Assembly (NCBI GenBank): GCA_003158755.1
Contig: PMLF01000345.1
Span: 2,041-31,757 of the forward strand
DNA length: 29,717 bases
Direction: 5' to 3'
Source of the DNA: Elusimicrobiota bacterium
GTDB lineage: Bacteria; Elusimicrobiota; Elusimicrobia; FEN-1173
Position 1 is the stretch's first letter. Every line of letters starts with the position of its first letter. This document shows, in pieces, positions 26,707-29,717 of the stretch. A model generated the notes under the pieces. That model saw nothing but the letters and a program-made list of their open reading frames with translations. It had not been told where the DNA came from and searched no databases. The position numbers were made by a program, and so were the translations under genes.

Positions 26707-27881
26707 AGTTTTCCGACCTTCCAAAACCCTCGGAGGAACCAAGGCCCGCGGGAACCGCCGCGCCGCTTTCGGAAAAAAGCTCCCTTCCTCCGACGGCCTC
26801 GGATCCTTTCAAGGAACTTGAGGAAAAAGAATCCGCTTCAAAACCCGTTAAATCGCTTTCCGCCGCTCCTCCTCCGGCGGAGGAAACGGCGGAAGAATTC
26901 GACCGGAAGGTCCGCGAGGAGTCCCTCCAAGCCACGGAAGTGTATTCCGAGGCGGTTTCGGCGGCGCGCCAGATTTACCGGGCGCTTGAAAAACCTCTGG
27001 AGGTGGAGGGACTCGAAATCCCCCACGAAGCGCTCCGCAAGCTCATGGCCGTGGTGCGCTCGGACAACCAGGAGATTTTGATCCTGGCGGACCGGTCCGC
27101 CCCCGACAATTATTTGTACGGCCACGTGGTCAACGTGGCCGTCTTCAGCCTGCGCCTCGGCCTGAGCGTGGGCCTGACCGAAGAGGAAATGTTGACCGTG
27201 GCCGCGGGAGCCTTCCTTCACGACATCGGCATGATCCCTTATCTTCCGATGGTCCTCCGGCCCACGCGGCTGTCGGAGGACGAATTAAAGCAAGTCCAGC
27301 GACACTCGGAGGAAGGCGCGCAGCTCCTCACCAAGTTCCCGTCCCTCCAAGGGCGCGACTTGGAGGTCGTCTCCTCCATCGTCGTCCAAGTGCATGAACG
27401 CATGGAGGGAATGGGGTATCCCCAGGCCCTGGGACAAGACGCCATCCACCGCTTGGCCAAGCTCGTCGGAGTCTGCGACATGTACGAGTCCCTGACCCAC
27501 ATGCGCGCCTGGCGGTCGCGGCTTTTGCCCCACCACGTCCTGAGGGTTATGATCGAGGAACACGAGCGCACCTTCGAGCCGGGGCTCGTGAAGTCCCTGG
27601 TCGAGGCGTTATCCCTTTATCCGCCCGGATCCTTCGTCCGGCTTTCATCGGGCGACATCGGGCGCGTGGTGGCCGTCAACCACGGTCTCCCGACCCGTCC
27701 GATCGTGAAAGTGTTGGTGGACGCCCAGGGCCAGCGCGTGGCGGCTCCCAAGGTCGTCAACCTGGCGACCCACCCCATCCTGTACGTTTCGGACGCCGTC
27801 GATGAGACCAAGCTGCCCACGTCGGACCAGCGCCTTCTGCTGGAACTTCGCGCGCAACGATGGTGGGTGCGCGGTTTCTGA
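26703..27881 (+). CDS. HD-GYP domain protein (atypical metal site) with a C-terminal extension
   Basis: YLYGHVVNV, LHDIGM, HSEEG, QVHERMEGMGYP and CDMYESL motifs, YPPGSFVRLSSG extension; ATGA overlap with the GH94-like gene. Confidence 0.88.
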   Translation: MKFSDLPKPSEEPRPAGTAAPLSEKSSLPPTASDPFKELEEKESASKPVKSLSAAPPPAEETAEEFDRKVREESLQATEVYSEAVSAARQIYRALEKPLEVEGLEIPHEALRKLMAVVRSDNQEILILADRSAPDNYLYGHVVNVAVFSLRLGLSVGLTEEEMLTVAAGAFLHDIGMIPYLPMVLRPTRLSEDELKQVQRHSEEGAQLLTKFPSLQGRDLEVVSSIVVQVHERMEGMGYPQALGQDAIHRLAKLVGVCDMYESLTHMRAWRSRLLPHHVLRVMIEEHERTFEPGLVKSLVEALSLYPPGSFVRLSSGDIGRVVAVNHGLPTRPIVKVLVDAQGQRVAAPKVVNLATHPILYVSDAVDETKLPTSDQRLLLELRAQRWWVRGF

Positions 27882-27887
27882 TATAAT
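27879..27887 (+). promoter_or_regulatory. Consensus extended -10 promoter for nspC
   Basis: TG-A-TATAAT overlapping the HD-GYP stop codon; ATG at 27922. Confidence 0.65.
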
Positions 27888-27921
27888 TCCCCCGGAAAAA
27901 TTCAACGCCGGGGAAAACCGC

Positions 27922-29073
27922 ATGCCGTCCGCCGAGGATTCCATTCATGAGATCGCCCTGAAAAACCGGGGCTCCCTGCCGACGCCCTATTACCTCGTCG
28001 ATGAAAATCGCCTTCTCCTAAACTTAGAGAAAATTAAAAAAGTCCGGGAAACGTCCGGGGCGAAATCCGTTTTAGCGCTCAAATGCTTTTCGACTTGGAG
28101 CGTTTTCGACCTGATGCGGGAGTACATGGACGGGACCACCAGCAGTTCCCTCTACGAAGCGCGGCTGGGACGGGAAAAGTTCGGCAAGGAAGTCCACGCC
28201 TACAGCGTCGGTTATTCCGACGGGGACGTCGACGCCTTGCGCGGGATCGCCACCAAGGTGATCTTCAATTCGGTGTCCCAACTCAAACGGTTCCATCCGA
28301 AAGTCAAAGGACTTCCGTTGGGGCTGCGCATCAACCCGGGCGTGAGCTTTTCCGATTTCGAATTGGCGGACCCGGCCCGGCCCCACTCGCGCCTGGGCGC
28401 GGCGGACTTCGACGAAGCGATGGAAGCGTCCTCCCTGATCAACGGCGTCATGTTCCACTGCCAATGCGAAAACGACGATTTCGCCCGTTTCTCCTCCCTC
28501 CTGGACCATATCTCTGAAAAATACGGATCTCTGTTGGAAAAAATGGATTGGGTGAGCCTGGGAGGAGGGATTTACTTCACGAAAGAGAACTACCCGCTGG
28601 ACGCCTTCTGCGGCAAGCTCTCGGACTTCGCCCGGCGGTTCGACGTCCAGGTGTACCTGGAACCGGGGGAAACCGCCGTCACCCGCTCCGGATTCCTGGT
28701 CACCGAAATAGTGGACATCGTCCGCAACGGGGCGGACATCGCCGTCGTCGACGCGGGGGTGGAGCCCCACCTGCTGGATTCTCTGATCTATCGAACGAAC
28801 GCGAAGATGGACCTCCCCGGAGGAGGCGCCCACACCTACATGGTGGCCGGTCGCACCTGCCTGGCGGGGGACGTGTTCGGGACCTACGCGTTCCCCGGAA
28901 AACTCAGCGTCGGGGATCTCGTCGTATTCGCCGATGCGGCGGGTTACACCATGGTCAAAAAGAATTGGTTCAACGGCATCCAGATGCCGTCCATCGTCGT
29001 GCGGCGTCTGGATGGGAAGATGGACGTCGTCCGTCGGTTCACCTACGAAGACTACCTGGAAAATTTGTCTTGA
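27922..29073 (+). CDS. nspC: Carboxynorspermidine decarboxylase
   Basis: PTPYYLVDE, VLALKCF (PLP Lys), TTSSSLYEARLG, SLGGGIYFT, YLEPGE and TCLAGDVFG motifs; adjacent to the partner dehydrogenase. Confidence 0.92.
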   Translation: MPSAEDSIHEIALKNRGSLPTPYYLVDENRLLLNLEKIKKVRETSGAKSVLALKCFSTWSVFDLMREYMDGTTSSSLYEARLGREKFGKEVHAYSVGYSDGDVDALRGIATKVIFNSVSQLKRFHPKVKGLPLGLRINPGVSFSDFELADPARPHSRLGAADFDEAMEASSLINGVMFHCQCENDDFARFSSLLDHISEKYGSLLEKMDWVSLGGGIYFTKENYPLDAFCGKLSDFARRFDVQVYLEPGETAVTRSGFLVTEIVDIVRNGADIAVVDAGVEPHLLDSLIYRTNAKMDLPGGGAHTYMVAGRTCLAGDVFGTYAFPGKLSVGDLVVFADAAGYTMVKKNWFNGIQMPSIVVRRLDGKMDVVRRFTYEDYLENLS

Positions 29074-29089
29074 AGAGAGGGGGAAAACC

Positions 29090-29717
29090 GTGAAAAAAAA
29101 CGTTCTCATCGTCGGGGCGGGCGGAGTGGCCAACGTGGCGGCCCATAAGTGCGCCCAAAACAACCACGTCTTGGGCGACATTTGCATCGCGTCGAGAAAG
29201 CAGGAGAAGTGCGAAAAAATCATCGATAGCATCCGGCGGAAGAACAACGCCAAGGACCCGTCGAAAAAAATCCATTCACGGCAGATCGACGCTTTGGACG
29301 TCCCCGCGTTGTCCAAGCTCATTGAAGAGACCAAGTCCGGGATCGTCATCAACTTGGGGGCGGCGTTCATCAACATGTCGGTGCTGGAGGCGTGCCTCAA
29401 CACCGGCGCCGCGTATTTGGACACCGCCATCCACGAGGACCCGGCGAAGGTGTGCGAGGACCCTCCCTGGTATGCCAACTACGAGTGGAAGCGACTGGAC
29501 CGCTGCAAGGAAAAAGGCGTGACGGCCATCCTGGGCGTCGGGTTCGACCCCGGCGTCGTGAACGCTTTCTGCGCCGCGGCGGTGAAGCACCACTTCGACA
29601 AGATCGACACCATCGACATCATGGACGTCAACGCCGGCAATCACGGCAAGTTCTTCGCGACGAACTTCGACCCGGAAATTAATTTTCGGGAATTCACGAA
29701 GGTATGGACCTACATCG
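29090..29717 (+). CDS. Carboxynorspermidine/carboxyspermidine dehydrogenase (saccharopine dehydrogenase family), partial; runs off the window end and is missing from the ORF track
   Basis: GAGGGGG SD and GTG at 29090: MKKNVLIVGAGGVANVAAHKCAQN...YLDTAIHED...LGVGFDPGVVN...ATNFDPEINFREF. Confidence 0.9.
   Translation, partial: MKKNVLIVGAGGVANVAAHKCAQNNHVLGDICIASRKQEKCEKIIDSIRRKNNAKDPSKKIHSRQIDALDVPALSKLIEETKSGIVINLGAAFINMSVLEACLNTGAAYLDTAIHEDPAKVCEDPPWYANYEWKRLDRCKEKGVTAILGVGFDPGVVNAFCAAAVKHHFDKIDTIDIMDVNAGNHGKFFATNFDPEINFREFTKVWTYI

Noticed and set aside
28072-29478. 468-aa minus-strand ORF
   Set aside because: Antisense shadow of nspC and the dehydrogenase.

Overview
GC-rich chromosomal window from a diderm bacterium, with no rRNA, tRNA, CRISPR array or transposase. 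Left part: a cobalamin-uptake unit on the minus strand (btuB-like receptor, then btuF) under a compact cobalamin riboswitch with an attenuator; prfB with its +1 frameshift (GGGAGG-TTT-CTT-TGA-C); clpC; a giant TamB/AsmA-like gene; bamA. The middle and right hold the unusual material. (i) A tightly coupled four-gene operon encodes a membrane-anchored coiled-coil protein, a membrane-tethered CBM48-like glycogen-binding protein, a non-lipoprotein Wza-like exporter and a compact Wzc-like kinase with no C-terminal Tyr cluster. It has no polymerase, flippase, glycosyltransferase or phosphatase. (ii) A MEMO1/AmmeMemoRadiSam-B protein with an extra PqqD/RRE-like N-terminal domain is coupled to a large GT-C-like membrane protein. 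(iii) A divergent DegT-like enzyme and two orphan proteins. (iv) A collapsed, probably inactive GH94-like protein is coupled to a degenerate HD-GYP protein. (v) nspC and a partial carboxynorspermidine dehydrogenase. Non-coding: four different REP-like palindrome families, a heptamer tandem array, and five promoters placed for (near-)leaderless transcripts, two of which share one palindromic -35. All family calls come from motif recognition by eye; no database searches were run.
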